DNA of 64,000 nt from Eledone cirrhosa. Its lineage: Eukaryota. The notes below the pieces were generated by a model. That model searched no databases and was not told the origin of the DNA. It was given only the letters and a program-made list of their open reading frames with translations. Both the position numbers and the translations under genes were made by a program. This document shows positions 12,309 through 26,857 of the stretch, in pieces (positions within the stretch are counted from its first letter, which is position 1; each line of letters opens with the position of its first letter). Location: assembly GCA_964016885.1 (NCBI GenBank), contig OZ024741.1, forward strand, positions 109,802,001 to 109,866,000, written 5' to 3'.

Positions 12309-13809
12309 AAACGCAGAACTGGATATTTCAAAAAACGTTGCAACCGGAGGAAGACAGGAAGACGATACTTTGGTTCGTGGAAACGTTCGCTGGCAAAGAA
12401 CGGGAAAAAACGAAAAAAAGCCTCAGAATTTAATCAACAATGGTATCCCAAAACAAACCCCTGCTGTGAAAACATATTCTTCAGAAACAACATTTCCGAC
12501 CGTTCCTTCTAGGTCAAATAACTATTTAACCAGCATTGGAATTAGGGGGAGAGAATCAAACAATCAGATAGAATCAATACGCATAAACTAGTTATGCTAG
12601 CTGGATGTCTTGTACTGAATCCTTAGATTAGCTTGGCCATGGACGTGTAACGTCAAACATGCATCAGGCATATCACAGATTGAATAAGTGATTACACAAT
12701 AGGCGTCTGATGAGGTCGTATCTATTACATAACAGATACCATCGAACTATATATAACAGTAAACAAGTAATCAATAAACTGATGTCAGTTTCAGAAAAAC
12801 TCACTTTATTATAAAAACTTTTTACGAACCAGTTCCGTCTAATGGAGTCGTTGGGGCACCATTGTGACGTATGTCTTCGGCATTTTCTACCTGGGGGAAC
12901 CCATCTCCTCTTCTCGTCTAAAGAGAAAGGAAGTGATAGAGAGAAAGTGAGAAAGATATATAGAGGAAGAATCATTCTCAATGTTGGACATTGAAAGGAT
13001 GAAAGGCACTGTGACCATGGCACTGTGTCACGTTGAATCTTCCTTAGAATTGCGTTAAGGGTATTCATGTTCCTGGAATACCCAGCCACATGCACGTTAA
13101 TTTCATGAGCAGCCACGTTAATTTCATGATCGAACAATTGGTACACTCCTCGTCGAAACTGATGAAAGTTCATTTTATGTTAAAGCTGTGGTACAGTTTT
13201 GTGTAAGCTGGCTAACTTTGATGTGTTTCTACATTTTGCGTTCAAATCTCACCGGATCAACTTCGACTTTCATCCTTCCGAGGTCGATAAATAAAGTACC
13301 AGTAAAATACTGGTGTCAATATAATCGTCTTTCTCCTCCCCACTAATTGCTGGCCTCGTGCCTTAATTAAAAATCATTGTTTCAAATTGACGTTTCCTAC
13401 CGAAATACGAAGAAGACTAAGTGACTTTGACGTATTCCCTTTCTTATGTAACCAAGGTAACCAACATAAACGTGTCGCAGCAATAAAAAAGAGAAGGGAC
13501 GGCTCATGATTGATACTGTAGGGGCCACAGAGCTATTCAATGAACAGAGGTTAACACCTTAACCCAGGAACATAAGTAATTTGGTTAGATAGGGAAGATA
13601 TGTCAGAGTGTTACGAAGTGGGGATTAGAGTAGTGTCATAGTTAACGTACGATTAATCACAAGACCTGTGTGAGTATGTGTGCATTATAAATGTTATCTA
13701 CGTTTGTGTGTGTGTGTATGTATGTGTGTGCATTTGTGTAGTATAAATGCTTTGTGTGTGTGCTTGATCATGTACGTATGTATATGTATATGTCATATAT
13801 ACATATACA

Positions 13810-14060
13810 GTCAGAAGTGCGTGGGTTCAATTCCAATTCGTGGCATCTTTACTACACCATCTGGTTGACCCAAACCTCGTAAAAGAAACTAGGTAGACAG
13901 GAATTGTGTGGAATCCCGTCGGTGGTGGTTGGGACTGTATCTAGAATTCAAAGGCACCCACTTTGTCGCATATTGTGTCACATTGATTCTGCTTGAGAAT
14001 TACGTTAAAGATATACGTGTATGTGGAATACTCAACGGCATACAGGTTAGTTCAATGAGT
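13810..14060 (+). mobile_element. Second SINE-like family (also ~12975-13165 minus, ~63300-63625 plus)
   Basis: GGTTCAATTCC B box; shared TGTCAC..TGATTC...GAGAATTA.GTTAA.G body. Confidence 0.6.
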
Positions 14061-14464
14061 TGAGGGGGGGCGGGGGGGGTAGCAGAGTAGTTAAATCGTC
14101 GAATACGTGTGTAGCATTATATTTTTCTGCTTATTAACGTCCTGAGTTCAAATGCCACCGAGGTCAGTCAAATGTTCCTATCATCCATTCAGGGTCGATA
14201 AAATGAAATACCAGGCAATTGCTGTACCAGCAATTTTATAAGAACTGCAAAACACCTATTACCTTTAAAGATTTGTTTTAATTAATAAGTTAAGGTAGGA
14301 GAAAAGGTGGCACACATGACTTAGGTTTATTTTCATTGAACACATTGACATTAGCCAGTGAATGTGGATTCTGGTGAGTAACCCCACCATCACCATCCTT
14401 GAATATCTGACGCCACCTTCAAAATATTACTGAGCCTACTTGAATTTATTTCTAGAGAAATTTA

Positions 14465-14533
14465 TTTGCAGAGTTAAACAAGATTGCTTTCTGACCCACG
14501 GGGTCAGAAAGCAATCTTGTTTAACTCTGCAAA
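14465..14533. repeat. Near-perfect short palindrome resembling an HHR 3' half snapped back at stem II
   Basis: TGACCC-acg-GGGTCA-GAAA-GCAATCTTGT-TT. Confidence 0.6.
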
Positions 14534-15304
14534 ATTTATCTCGAGGGACTTACATTTATCTCTCAATGGGTCAACCTTCAGTTCTTGTTTAGTCGCAAGT
14601 TAACACTGATTGAGTAGGACTTTCATTAAAAAAAACGTTCCCGCAGTGAATACCCAGTTACTTTTTATTTTTATTTTTTTTATTTGATATCTTGGACTAG
14701 ATAGTCCAGTGTGTCCGCGTTCTTTCTAAATTATAGAGTGAGATTTAAGTAAATTCGGTAGCTTTTTGACAGAGGGCTGATAAAACAGAACACAACCTAC
14801 ATGACAAAGAGTTTGAAGGAGAGAGGAAGAAAGAAAAGAAAAAGGATAGTAGTGTGTATGTGTGTGGGTGTATGTATGTGTGTGTGAGAGAGAGCGAGAG
14901 TGAGAGAGAGTGTGTGTGTGTGTGTGTGTGTGTGGAGGATTTTTGACGTTTGCAATGTAACCCGTGATGTGTGACGTAAGGAAATTAATTAAATTATAAC
15001 GCCCGATCGGTTAGTAGGCTATGAATTATGAAGGTTTTGTCTCAGTTGGTAAGGGAGCGGTAAAAGATAATTGCGAAGAAGAGAAAGTGAGAGCCTTTCA
15101 TCCTTACGGGGTCGATAAAATAAAGTACCAGTAATGCACTGGTTAATTGCTGGCCTTGTGCCAAAAAGTAGAAACAATTATTATTATCCTTAATATTAGT
15201 ATTCTTTTTAATATGTACCATCACTGCATTACCGAGTATATCTCTGTGTGCCTCAGGTATGTGCAGTGTTGTTTTCTTTGTTGTTATTTCTATTGTATTG
15301 AGAG

Positions 15305-15530
15305 TACTAATATGTATGCAGTGCCTGGTAGTGCTATTTTCTGTATGCTGTACATATTTATAAGTCTTGGGGTTTGGTTATACATCTGTCTGTCTGTTTG
15401 TTTCTAGCATTCCCAGAGCTTCTACTATTATAGCGATTGTTTCTGTTTTCATAATATACATTTGGGTTATTTCTATCTCCAGATCTTTGTATCTGGGTAA
15501 TTTCTCAATTTCCTTGATAGATCTGAGTAG
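15305..15530 (-). pseudogene. RLE non-LTR retrotransposon C-terminus (R4/Dong-like)
   Basis: KEIEKLPRYKDLEIEI..IIVEALG..IQKIALPGTAYIL. Confidence 0.75.
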
Positions 15531-15675
15531 ATTATTATTAATCTTTTTTATTACTTAGAAAATGTAGAAAATCTCAAACGCACAAATTAACTGTAAACAC
15601 AATCGATTATTATAAATAATAGCTTAGAAAATCGATAAAAATACCCCTAAGTTCAGGAAAAAAAAAGCAGCCAGC

Positions 15676-15750
15676 AGCCGCTCAGAGAGTCGATCCCTGT
15701 ACCACTCAAATTCTGGATGAGCGCTCTGTACCATTGAGCTGAATGACCTG
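15676..15750 (-). pseudogene. tRNA-derived sequence followed by oligo-T
   Basis: CAGCTCAATGGTACAGAGC D arm, GGATCGACTC T loop, T run downstream; imperfect cloverleaf. Confidence 0.5.
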
Positions 15751-16094
15751 TTGTCATGTGGGGCAGAAAAATTTGTCTTGTTTTAAGGCTAAACCAAATG
15801 GCTTCCTTGAAAACATGTCGGTTTTTCTCGATCTCCGAACTTTAAGAGCAAAAATTGTGATTAAATAATAAATAGGACTCTCAATTTGTTTTGAAAAGAA
15901 GATGGGAGAGAGAGAATTTTTATCCGCAGAGAAGACAGCCGGCTGTCCACTGTGTGGAACAGCCAATGTCCAATTCAAAGTTCACATCAAAGTTCAACCA
16001 CGGCAGAAGATAACAACAATAATAACAATAACAACAAAACTTTCGCATCAATAGGAGCAAAAGCAGGAGAACTTTTTAGATAAAAGAACATGTT

Positions 16095-16310
16095 TAGGAC
16101 TTCTTCTTCTTCGGCTACTTAATCCTGGTAGGGTCATTGGGACTGAGTCTTCAGATACACCTTCCAGATAGTCCTATCATAAGCAAACGTCTTCAATTGA
16201 TCCGGCTGAATTCCCAAGCGAGACTAACCGAGCTTAAGAATGCTATCCAACCATCTTCATTGTGGTCTACCTCTAGTTCTGCTGCTGGGTGGCTTTAGTC
16301 ATGACACAAG
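16095..16310 (-). mobile_element. RTE-like LINE 3' end with (GAA)n tail
   Basis: RGRP..RWLD..LGIQPDQL; homologous to 17620-18000. Confidence 0.65.
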
Positions 16311-16456
16311 CGGCCAAATTAATCAAAAGAAAGAAGACATGAGTCTATGCAACCTTCCCTCCGAAATGTTAGTAGCAGGTACCAAAAAGAAAAGAAATTC
16401 TAGTCTATCGATGTGAGAGATAGAAGGTGAGGGAGTGAGAAAGGGGGGAAACGGGG

Positions 16457-16539
<83 letters not shown>

Positions 16540-17536
16540 AAATTTTGATAATTTTGGCCAGTATTGGCCCAGGCCCTGACTAACTTGGATGTGAGAAATG
16601 AGTTCGTGGTAGAGAACATGAAAGAGTAATGGGAATATATATAGATGAGTGAAGAGCTAGGTGAGTGTGCGAGTATGTTTGTTATGTTGTTAAATATGTT
16701 ATTACTGCCGTGTGAGGTGTATTGTGAGTAAGGTATATATATATATATATGTATATGTCTGTGTGTGCATGTGAGTGTGTGTTTGTGAGCAGATTGTCAT
16801 GTTGGTGTGCGTGTGTTAGTATTACTGTAGGAGGTGTATTGTAGGTGTAATGTGTATGTGTGTGTATGTGACTGCGTGTGTATATGTGTGTGTTGGTAGG
16901 CAGGTTGACATGCTGGTGTTGTCGCTTGTTATATGGTAAAGGACAAAAGAAAAATAGTAATTAAGAGAGGGGAAAGTGTATGAAAGAGAGGGTGTATGTG
17001 TATATACATGCATATACATATATACCCACACAAACACACGTTTATATATATATATATTTATATATATATGAGAGAGAGAGAAGGAAAAAGAGAGAGTATT
17101 GTATGTCTGCTATGTAAATAGGTCGTTTACTATAACATTAGTAGTAGTCAGGTTGTCGACGACGACAAGGCGGGAAGGGGCGGGACGGGGGTTCACATAT
17201 AACCCTCCACACCACCCACTGTCACTTGCCACAGAGAAGCAGCAATAGCAAGTGAGTGTCCTATCATTTGATGTGACCATCGTTGACCCCTTCATGTCTA
17301 ATCAAGCTCCTATAGTGGCAGAAATGTATGTTATGTCGTTCACATACAGCCATGAAACAAGGATTCAAGTTTTGTGTTTTTCCATGATTTTGTGGAAGAG
17401 TAGGAGGAGGGGGAGGAGAATACTTACACCAACACCATCATCGTCAGCACCACCATTACCACCAGCTCCACCAGCACCACCACTCTAACAACACCACATG
17501 CTATCTAAAAACATAACACCAACAGCATCACCTCAT

Positions 17537-17541
17537 GTCTT

Positions 17542-17572
<31 letters not shown>

Positions 17573-18000
17573 TTCTTCTTCTTCTTCTTCTTCTTCTTCT
17601 TCTTCTTCTTCTTCTTCTTCGCCCACTTATTCCTGAGAGGGTCGTGGGGGAAGAGTTCTCCAACACTCCTTCCAGTGGGCCCTGTCAGAAGCAACCGCCT
17701 CCAATTGATCTGATTGGATCCCCAAGCGTGACCAGCCAAGCTCATGGATGTTATCCAACTATCTTGCTCGGGGTCTAACCATGGGTCTCTTGCTGGTTGA
17801 TTTTGCCCTTCACATCTGTCCGGCGATTCTTTCCTGAGAAATTCTAACCACATGTCCATAGTATCGGAGCTGTGATCTCTGAATTTGATGAAATAGCGGC
17901 TCTACCTGGAGTGACTCTCTGATCTCCTAGTTACGCACTCTATCGAGTAACGTTACTCCAAAGACCATTCGGTGAATCCCATTTCAGCCGCTTGTATTCT
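17537..18000 (-). mobile_element. RTE-like LINE 3' end with long (GAA)n tail
   Basis: WYGHVVR...LGIQSDQLE..SDR; tail 17537-17620. Confidence 0.7.
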
Positions 18001-18639
18001 AAACACCACACCGTACCGTCCTTCATCTCATGTCTACATACATAATACTAACAACATCATCTACTGTGTATATACATCACAACACAGACATCACCTGCTA
18101 TTTACAAACATCACTGCAACAACAGTAACAACTTCACCTACTGGCTATAAACATCACATTTTCAATACCTACTGGCTCTAAACATCACTGTTTAGAGCCA
18201 CTAGGTATTGATTTAGAGCCCTATATCAATACCTACTCGCTATTTACAAATATCACTGCAACAACAACATCACCTGCCGGCTAGAAACCTCTCAACAGCA
18301 GCATTAACATCTACAAAGATCACAACACTAAAAACATCAGGTACTTCTACAATCACAACAGTAATTGTATCACCTGTTGTGTACCAACAAAACCACAACA
18401 ACAATAACAGCATCAACTGCTCTGTACCAACATCCCCACAACAACAGTAACAACATCACCTGCTGCGTGCCACAACCACAACTACATTAACATCATCACC
18501 CGCTGTGTGCCAACGGCACCACAACAATAGTAACAACATCACCTGCTGTCTACATACCTCACAACAGCAGCATTAATCACATCAACTAGGCTTACATACA
18601 TCACTATAACATCAACAGGTTATAGGACAACTGCGAAAC

Positions 18640-19990
18640 TACGAGAAATGGTGGAAGGAGAAAGCAGCGTTGGGACACAAACTGAAGAAAGGCAGAGCTG
18701 ACAAGTTGGTATTTCAGAGAGGCAATAATATTCCACAACGGTAAGGTGATCTGAATAGATGTGGCTTCGAACATCATCTAGCAGTAGTAAAAGGAGAGTT
18801 AATGGAGTGAACTGGGAAATTAGGAGTAGTGGAGAGGACAGTTGCTATAATGGAACATATTTTAGAAAGGATGGGAAAAGAAGACTCAATGAAAGGGGTC
18901 TTGCATATGAGTGCTTAAATAGACGGTGGTGGGGATGGTGTGATGCTTGTAGTATACTGATAGGGTTTGTTTTAGTTATAAGTAATGTGGTAGACGATGC
19001 AGCCTGGCTTAGGAAGAAAGATGATTGTGAACATATTAATGTAACCGAGTTAGATGTCGTATTAAAAGACATGAATCTGACCCTGAGAAGGGACTGCACA
19101 ATATTTAAATTGAGACTGATTCAGTTCGTGAACTTCGATTGGTTTCGTCCATGGTGACTGATGATAACTCGGTTCGAATTCTTTGAGGAGAAGAATTCAG
19201 TAAATGTACCGAAGGGTCAGGTGGTGTTGTTAGCTGAAGTAGATCTCAGTGACAGTTAAACTCAGGAAGTAAAGAGAACAAACGAAAGGGATTGAGGAGA
19301 CGATAATTAAGTGACATGTGGATATCTTTGTAAATTAATTGAACTGAAGGTAAAGAGTTTTTGCGCCCTCAAAGAAGAGGTAAGGCAGATGTTCTTAACA
19401 TGATGAGGAAGACATGTTTAAAAGTTCCAGAGGAATTAAACAAGGGTGCAGTTTGTTGTGTTGCTTAAGGGACCTGAAGGTAAAGAAATTGTATAGTATG
19501 CACCGAATTAGGGTCGATAGAACTATTTTTGGCCAGAAAAAGTTGACCCTGATGTCACGAAAGAGAGTGTTTGGAAGGTGATTAGGATTTGTGACAGGTG
19601 TCAGTTAATTGAATTGTCACTGGGTGTACATGAAACAAGAATTCGCATTGAGGACGACTAGAATGATCCATTGTGAGTAATTTGTACTAAATGAAATACT
19701 TTTTGGAGGGAGGCCTGGTGGACAACGGTACTGCGTTTTCTTCTGAATCGATGAAATTGTAGTTGGGTAGGCGGAATATCAAATAATTTCTATAGAGGTG
19801 ATATGGAATAGACAAAGCAATGACCGGAAGGTGGAATATCTCCCTTTGGGGTACAGTGATCTTGAATAGAATTGCATCTAGGTCGGGGCAAAGGAAGAAG
19901 ACGGTGCCTCAGAGAGCGGTGATGGGGCATGAGCGAACACAGCCAAGCACAGAGCAGAAATGCGTAGAGGAAGGGGAAGGACGATCCAAA
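18640..19990 (+). pseudogene. Decayed LTR-retrotransposon pol (RNase H + integrase), Gypsy-like
   Basis: WCDA..; DAAWLRKKDDCEHINVTELD; GVDRT..ARKVDP..CDRCQ; VDNGTAF. Confidence 0.7.
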
Positions 19991-22223
19991 GAAGAATCGT
20001 CAACATATATCAGCTTCTACCATTCTTACACGATCGAAATGTTGCCTCTATGCCTTATTTTATAAATAATTTCATGAGAGTTATTCTGATAAACTTCCCC
20101 TTTTGTTATCTGTTCTTCACGAGTTTAAACAAAGCACCAGATTGGCGGCTAGTTTTCATCTATTTACTGTAATTTCTTAAATGTAACTGCAAATTCTATT
20201 CTGATATATTCTTCTCTCATATATCTTACCTATGGATTTCTCTTCCAGCTGCTTGCTTTTCTTAACAATACAATTTTTTAAAATTCAAAGGAACATCAAT
20301 CGTCATCTCTTCTTGAATTATATTCTCTCTGCTTTGTCCTTTTCCCTTTTCAGTAACCCCTTGCATATTAGTGGCTTTGTTGCCTTGTTTGGAGTAAACA
20401 AATTTTTTAAAAACCCACACACACTCACACACAATGTACGCTGTACATCACAATGGGAGAACAGATGTAAATATTTCGGCTGGCGGGATATCGCCTCATA
20501 TTTTGGATGTCCGTACGCTCGTCAATTTATGAAATATGGTGGAGAAGACAAGACGAATATTGTGGCTCTAAAATTATTTAAAACAAAAATGCCTGAAACA
20601 CGTAAAGACATTCTCTTATGTTTTTATTTGTCCAGTTACAGTAACACAAAGTGTATTTACACTTCAAACTGTTAAAAACAAAGCTCATAATTTAAAAGCT
20701 ATTCATATATGAACATTAAATCTAAACTATAATAAAGGAAGGTCTGCGAGACTGCGTACGGTTTATTTTTTTTATCCCGTTAGTAAAATAAGTTGGATTA
20801 CTTTGAATAAATAATGAATGAATATTACATAATTTATATACTAAATTTCGTAAACAAAAATAATTTCGTAAAAATAAATAATTTAAAATTGACTTCTTTT
20901 CAAAGTTGTACTTCCGGTATATCGTTGCCACCACCACCACCACTTCAACTACCATATTTAAAAAGAGAGAGTGTGTGATGTCAACACTTCCGGTGGCGAT
21001 CACTTAAATAAACATACTAATTTTCTGTCACTAATTTTCTCCTAATGCAGTTTATATATAATATCGTCTTTTTTAATGTATCATGGATTACGTTACTGAT
21101 TACATAAGGCAGTGTAACAACGTCTTCGTTCAATTTCTGTTTATATTGTGAATTACGATTTTATTTGATGTATCATATCTACATGTATATATACTTGCGT
21201 ATAATATCAATATACACACTACACATGCTAGCAGAAAACCACCCGAAGGGTAGTTTTTCTGTTAGTTTATATTAAGTCTTCTAATACACTATGTGATATG
21301 AAAGACTTTAATTCTTTAATTAATTACGTTGCTAAGCGAATGCACGTCATGCAACTTAGAACGTCTATATCAGTTATGTACTGCATCATACATAACATAA
21401 ATAACGACTATGATAAGTTTCTTCTCTAGGTCGAATCATAGAGCTAGTTGTCTTCCGATGAAAGGATAGAAAGTCGGAAATTTGTTAAGGAATATCGTGT
21501 GTTATATTTTGAATGTGTGTATAGAGAGCATAACAGAAAAGGTATTTGTACCTCAGTATGTTCATGTGTACGATCGAAACACAAGATAGTCCCTTGTCAT
21601 CATTCGACCGCCGGCAGTCCTAGTGGTTTCAGTATTTAAGATTGATATCAGTAGCTCCAGTGCACATGGAAATGGAAAAAAGATAAGTATTGACGTACAT
21701 GTACGTCAATACTCATCTTTTTCCATTTCTTAGTGGGCTCTAAACCCCACTGTTAGGCTAACATTTCTTCAGTCAAAAAATACGGTGAAAGCTTCTATTT
21801 TTAATTTCAAACTCGCACGCTGTTTCAAAAACATGCTTACTTGTCATATATAAAAAGAGAGGCGTGGGGGGAGTAAGGATGGAAGCAAACGGAAGTATAT
21901 TTAAATCTTTTTTCTTCTTTAATCCGACAAAGTTATTATTGAAAAAAGGAGAAAAATATTTTTTTAAAAGGGGGTTTTATAAAATATATAAAAGATATTA
22001 CCGGTTTCGGTGTCATTCATCTTATCTAATATTAAAAGTTAAGAATTAAAAATTAAAAATTAAGAGTTGAAGGTCTGTTCATATGATGTATGCACACGAA
22101 AATTCATTGCATCGATAGGTTTTGCATAGAATTTTCCTGTGTATGAATATATATATATATACCATTTGCTTTCCTTCCCTCCTTCTTCCGTTTTCCCAAT
22201 AACTTACTCAGTTATTGAACGCC

Positions 22224-22290
22224 CTGGGCGGTAGATATCTTGTCTTTAAAGCGTAGAAATATCCGAGACCCCCAGTAGACAACTTATGAG
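22224..22290 (+). ncRNA. Permuted-HHR motif with mutated core (CTTATGA)
   Basis: GATAT-C-TTGTCT-ttaaagcgta-GAA-ATATC-cgaGAc-CCCCAG-t-AGACAA. Confidence 0.6.
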
Positions 22291-22334
22291 GAAAACTCCC
22301 CTCCCCCTTCTTGCTTTCTTCGTATTCCCATTGC

Positions 22335-22421
<87 letters not shown>

Positions 22422-23105
22422 GTGAGATAACACGATGTTAGCTTAACAACTGGGTGTGTGTATTTGGAGACTATCAACACTATCAACAGCAAGAACGCGT
22501 GCTCTATATATATACAGCTAATTCATTTATTATGATTCATACACACGGAAATTTTTTGCATCGATAGGTTTCATGATTTAAGAATTTTGCATAAAAGCAA
22601 GTTATGTTTATATTTGTTCGTCATCGTCCGTCCGACAAATGTTTGCTAAAATGGACGTACGAGATTTAGTAAAAAATATCGTGGGAAAATGTGCGGTGAA
22701 TTCTTCAACGCCAAAAGTGAGATATTTAGGTGTTTGCATTACAAAAAATTCTTACTGTTTTCGTGGAAATACGAACACCCGGACCTACCGTCTGCATAGC
22801 TAAACGTTCGAAACACAACTTTAAAATATTATACAATCAATCCGCCCGTCTTGTTACAATTAAAATATTATTACAACATAATAACAATATACACCTTTAT
22901 TCTAAAACACATTGTGTTAGTTCTACTGCTAATATATATCTACTTTCGCTCTCTCGATCCCTATATATATATATATATATATGGTCCGCGTTTATATATA
23001 TATATATGGCGCGCGTTTCGCCACAGATCAGCTCAAGGTTCGATCTGTATCGATCTAGCCCGACTCTGTAATCAACGGCTCATCGGACCCTTTTTTGGAG
23101 TAATG

Positions 23106-23199
<94 letters not shown>

Positions 23200-23342
23200 T
23201 GTATATATATATATATATAGTCCAGGCATATGATGAAATAGACATGTTAACATCTGAAATCGCTGGTAATGCAGAAATAATTCAAATTGTTGATATATAA
23301 ATTCTAAGGTTCCTCATTATGTGTTGTGTTGATCGTTGCTTT

Positions 23343-23403
<61 letters not shown>

Positions 23404-23407
<4 letters not shown>

Positions 23408-23731
23408 ACATGGCGTGCTGCGTGGTTGCAAATGGGTTACGACCAGGTCGAATGGTCTTTATTCTCTCTCGTCTACGATTTCACAGAACTTATGTTCATC
23501 GATTTCAGGGAGTTGACTCCTTTTTCCTCACTTTTCGTTGCATTACCATCTTTGATTGTTTACTGTCTCGCTCGTTCCCCCTATTTACGTGTCCCAACGA
23601 CTTTCTTTAGCCGTTGCTCGCACCAACCGGAGCTATATGGTCTTTAAAGCGATGAAATACCAATGAAGGTTGGAAGATCACTGATGAAGGACTAAATTTA
23701 TTCATATGTAACCCATTTGTAACCACGCAGC

Positions 23732-23733
<2 letters not shown>
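23404..23733 (+). mobile_element. Truncated permuted-HHR element; motif at 23623-23688; 3' tail inverted at the 5' end
   Basis: Stem I TGGTCTT/AAGATCA; GCTGCGTGGTTGCAAATGGGTTAC is inverted relative to the 3' end; homologous to 4760-5040. Confidence 0.75.
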
Positions 23734-23824
<91 letters not shown>

Positions 23825-24001
23825 CGTGCGCGCGCGCGCGCGCGTGTATGTGTATACATACATGCATGCACAAACACCGTCTGTTGTACTATTCTGATAT
23901 TCAAATCTGCTTTATACAACCAGCTTACTGCTTACTGTTTCTGTTGTCTCAAAATGACAGCCTAAAGACTAGTACCACCATCACTGCCGTCACCACCACC
24001 A

Positions 24002-24530
24002 AACACCACAAACACCACTACTGCCACCAGTAACATTACCACTATCACCACCATCATCATCACGACCGACACCACTACCACCAACACCGTCACCAACACC
24101 ACAAACACCACTACTGCCACCAGTAACATTACCACTATCACCACCATCATCATCACGACCGACACCACTACCACCAACACCGTCACCAACACCACAAACA
24201 CCACTACTGCCACCAGTAACATTACCACTATCACCACCATCATCATCACGACCGACACCACTACCACCAACACCGTCACCAACACCACAAACACCACTAC
24301 TGCCACCAGTAACATTACCACTATCACCACCATCATCATCACGACCGACACCACTACCACCAACACCGTCACCAACACCACAAACACCACTACTGCCACC
24401 AGTAACATTACCACTATCACCACCATCATCATCACGACCGACACCACTACCACCAACACCGTCACCAACACCACAAACACCACTACTGCCACCAGTAACA
24501 GTACCACACCATCATCATCATCACGACCGA
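24002..24530. repeat. 93-bp tandem repeat built from ACC-rich sequence, ~5.5 copies
   Basis: CAGTAACATT at 24028, 24121 and onward. Confidence 0.9.
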
Positions 24531-24761
24531 CACTACTACTACCACCACCACCACCACCATCATCATGACCAATACCACAACCCCCACCAACACCACAACT
24601 ACCACCAACTACCACCACTATCATCACCATTAACGCCACCACCAACAACACCATCACAATAACAATTACCACCACTACCAATACCACTAAAAACTACCAA
24701 TAGCACCACCACAAGCAGCTGCAACTGCAACAGCAGCCAAAGCAGCAGTGGTAAGAGAGAG

Positions 24762-24818
<57 letters not shown>

Positions 24819-25055
24819 CAGTGACTTGTACTAAGTGACAATATAAAACTCCCTTTGTTGCACCTATTGACCTGCAGTATGGAGCTGACATTGTGCAGCT
24901 CTGCTTTGTTGTCTCTCATTCAGGGAACTACTCAATCAATATGGCACAGACACACCGACTATATAGGGTTATATATATATATATGTGTATATATGTGTAT
25001 ATATATATATATATATATAAATATATATAAATGTCAATATAAATAAATAAATAAA

Positions 25056-25112
<57 letters not shown>

Positions 25113-25219
25113 GTCAATATAAATAAATACATATATATATTATATACATAGAGAGAGAGAGACATACACACACACACATATATGTACATATATATGTATT
25201 TATATATAAATATACATAT

Positions 25220-25254
<35 letters not shown>

Positions 25255-25691
25255 CATGTGTGTATGTGTGCGTGTGTGTATGTATATATATATATATGGT
25301 TGTGCTTGTGTGTATGTGTGTGTATGGGTGTGTGTGTACGTGTGTGTGTATCTGTGCAACAGGTACAAAAACTCTGCGGTCATCAGCCGTCGGAACTGTC
25401 GTACACAGCTCCGATCACTACCGACGTCACTGCTCGACCATTTGAGATCAGAGTGCCTAACATGGCAACCAAACATTGTCCTGCACATTTCACAAAGCAG
25501 AAAACAAAACAGAACTTATATGAAGTTACATGTTAAACGTAAAACATTTACGTCGAACAATATGTAACGATGAATTCAGTTAAACCTATGGAAATGTATA
25601 TAGTTGTTTCTACTTTTGGCACAAGGCCAACTATTACGCAGCGCATAATAGTTGGGTCGATAAAATAAAGTACCAGTAATGCACTCTCTAC

Positions 25692-26645
25692 CAGGCGGGC
25701 AATGCGATCAGTGGAACTTCCACTCTCGAGTTCTATAGAGGATTAGTGGTGGGCAAGTACGATGACGCACTCGGAGAAGCTTTGGGCCTCGACGAAGTCG
25801 AACTGACCAGTCTGTACCGGAGGACTTTCGAGCCGGGGACGATGGACAATTTCCAGAAATCCCTCGCTTGGCAGTGCTACCGGGGGGCACTGCCGGTTCG
25901 GGATAAACTCTACAGGCACGGAAGTGCTGTCAGACGGACCTGCCCAAGATGCGCACAGAACGACGAAACCGTTCTGCACGCACTTGTCCAATGTCCGTGC
26001 ATTACTGACTTGTGGAGTTATGTGGCACAGCTACTGTCGCATGTGGAACGAATCCGGCTATCGGCCGAGTCCATAGTGAAGATCGACCCACCGCCTTCCT
26101 TAGGTCAGGAAGAGCAGGAAATTTTCCTCTGTCTGGTGGCAGTTGCGAAAGAGGTTATATGGTGGACCAGGTTAAAAGGACTGAAGACAGACACTCTTCT
26201 CTTCGGCCAATCCCTCATCAACTTCTTCAAGTTTCACCTAGAAAGGAAGGTGAGGGTGGAGAGAGAAGTGCTGCCCCCCAGTACATTTTCTAAAAGGTGG
26301 GTGAATGTGGCGAGAATGGCTCGTGTGAATGGGCCTACTCTGGCCATGCGCCTATAGGCTAGCTAACTTGAGGAGAGGGGTGCTCTCCCTGGGTGCCCTA
26401 GAAGCGCAGGATGGTTCAGGATTGGTGGGGTACCCGAGTCACCCCAGAGTCGTCCACCCCCTATCGGGGAATTTATTTTGTTATATTTATGCATAGTTTA
26501 TTTTATATTTTTATATCTTCATTGTTAAATTAGTCTTGCCATTGTGCACTTTTACTCGACCTTATTGTAAACCCCCACTGCCCTTGTCTTTGTATTGTCA
26601 CTACATGTCGGCCCTTGTGGCTAATAAATGAAATCATTATTATTA
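25692..26645 (+). mobile_element. 5'-truncated L1/Tx1-group LINE; intact zf-RVT frame 25746-26357
   Basis: W..YRGALPVRDKL..CPRC..ETVLHALVQC; 3' UTR with AATAAA and (ATT)n; GC-rich compared with flanks. Confidence 0.85.
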
Positions 26646-26658
26646 TTGTTTATACATT

Positions 26659-26857
26659 GGGCGGTGGATTGGCAGTTTCGGTAGATGGTCGGACGCCATG
26701 CTTTGACGCATAGAGTTACGGCCCTTGCCATTCTTAGTTCAAATCTAGTCGAGGTTAACTTTTCCTTTCATCCTTATGGGGTCAATAAAATAAAGTACCA
26801 GTAATACACTGGGTAATTTCTGGACTTGTGCCAAAAGTAGAAACAATTATTATTATT
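26659..26857 (+). mobile_element. Full-length tRNA-SINE (also 53463-53637 minus, 54885-55065 minus, cluster 57668-58070 plus)
   Basis: GGCGGTGGATTGGCAG head, B box, core, GTGCCAAAAGTAGAAAC(ATT)n tail. Confidence 0.85.

Noticed and set aside
23633-23695. Alternative pairing of the loop segment with AAGGACTA after CUGANGA
   Set aside because: Wobble-rich and inconsistent across copies; pairing with the segment just before CUGANGA is near-perfect in almost all copies
23962-24687. 241-aa Val-rich ORF or Thr-rich mucin-like exon
   Set aside because: Derived from ACC-rich tandem repeats; no splice or domain support
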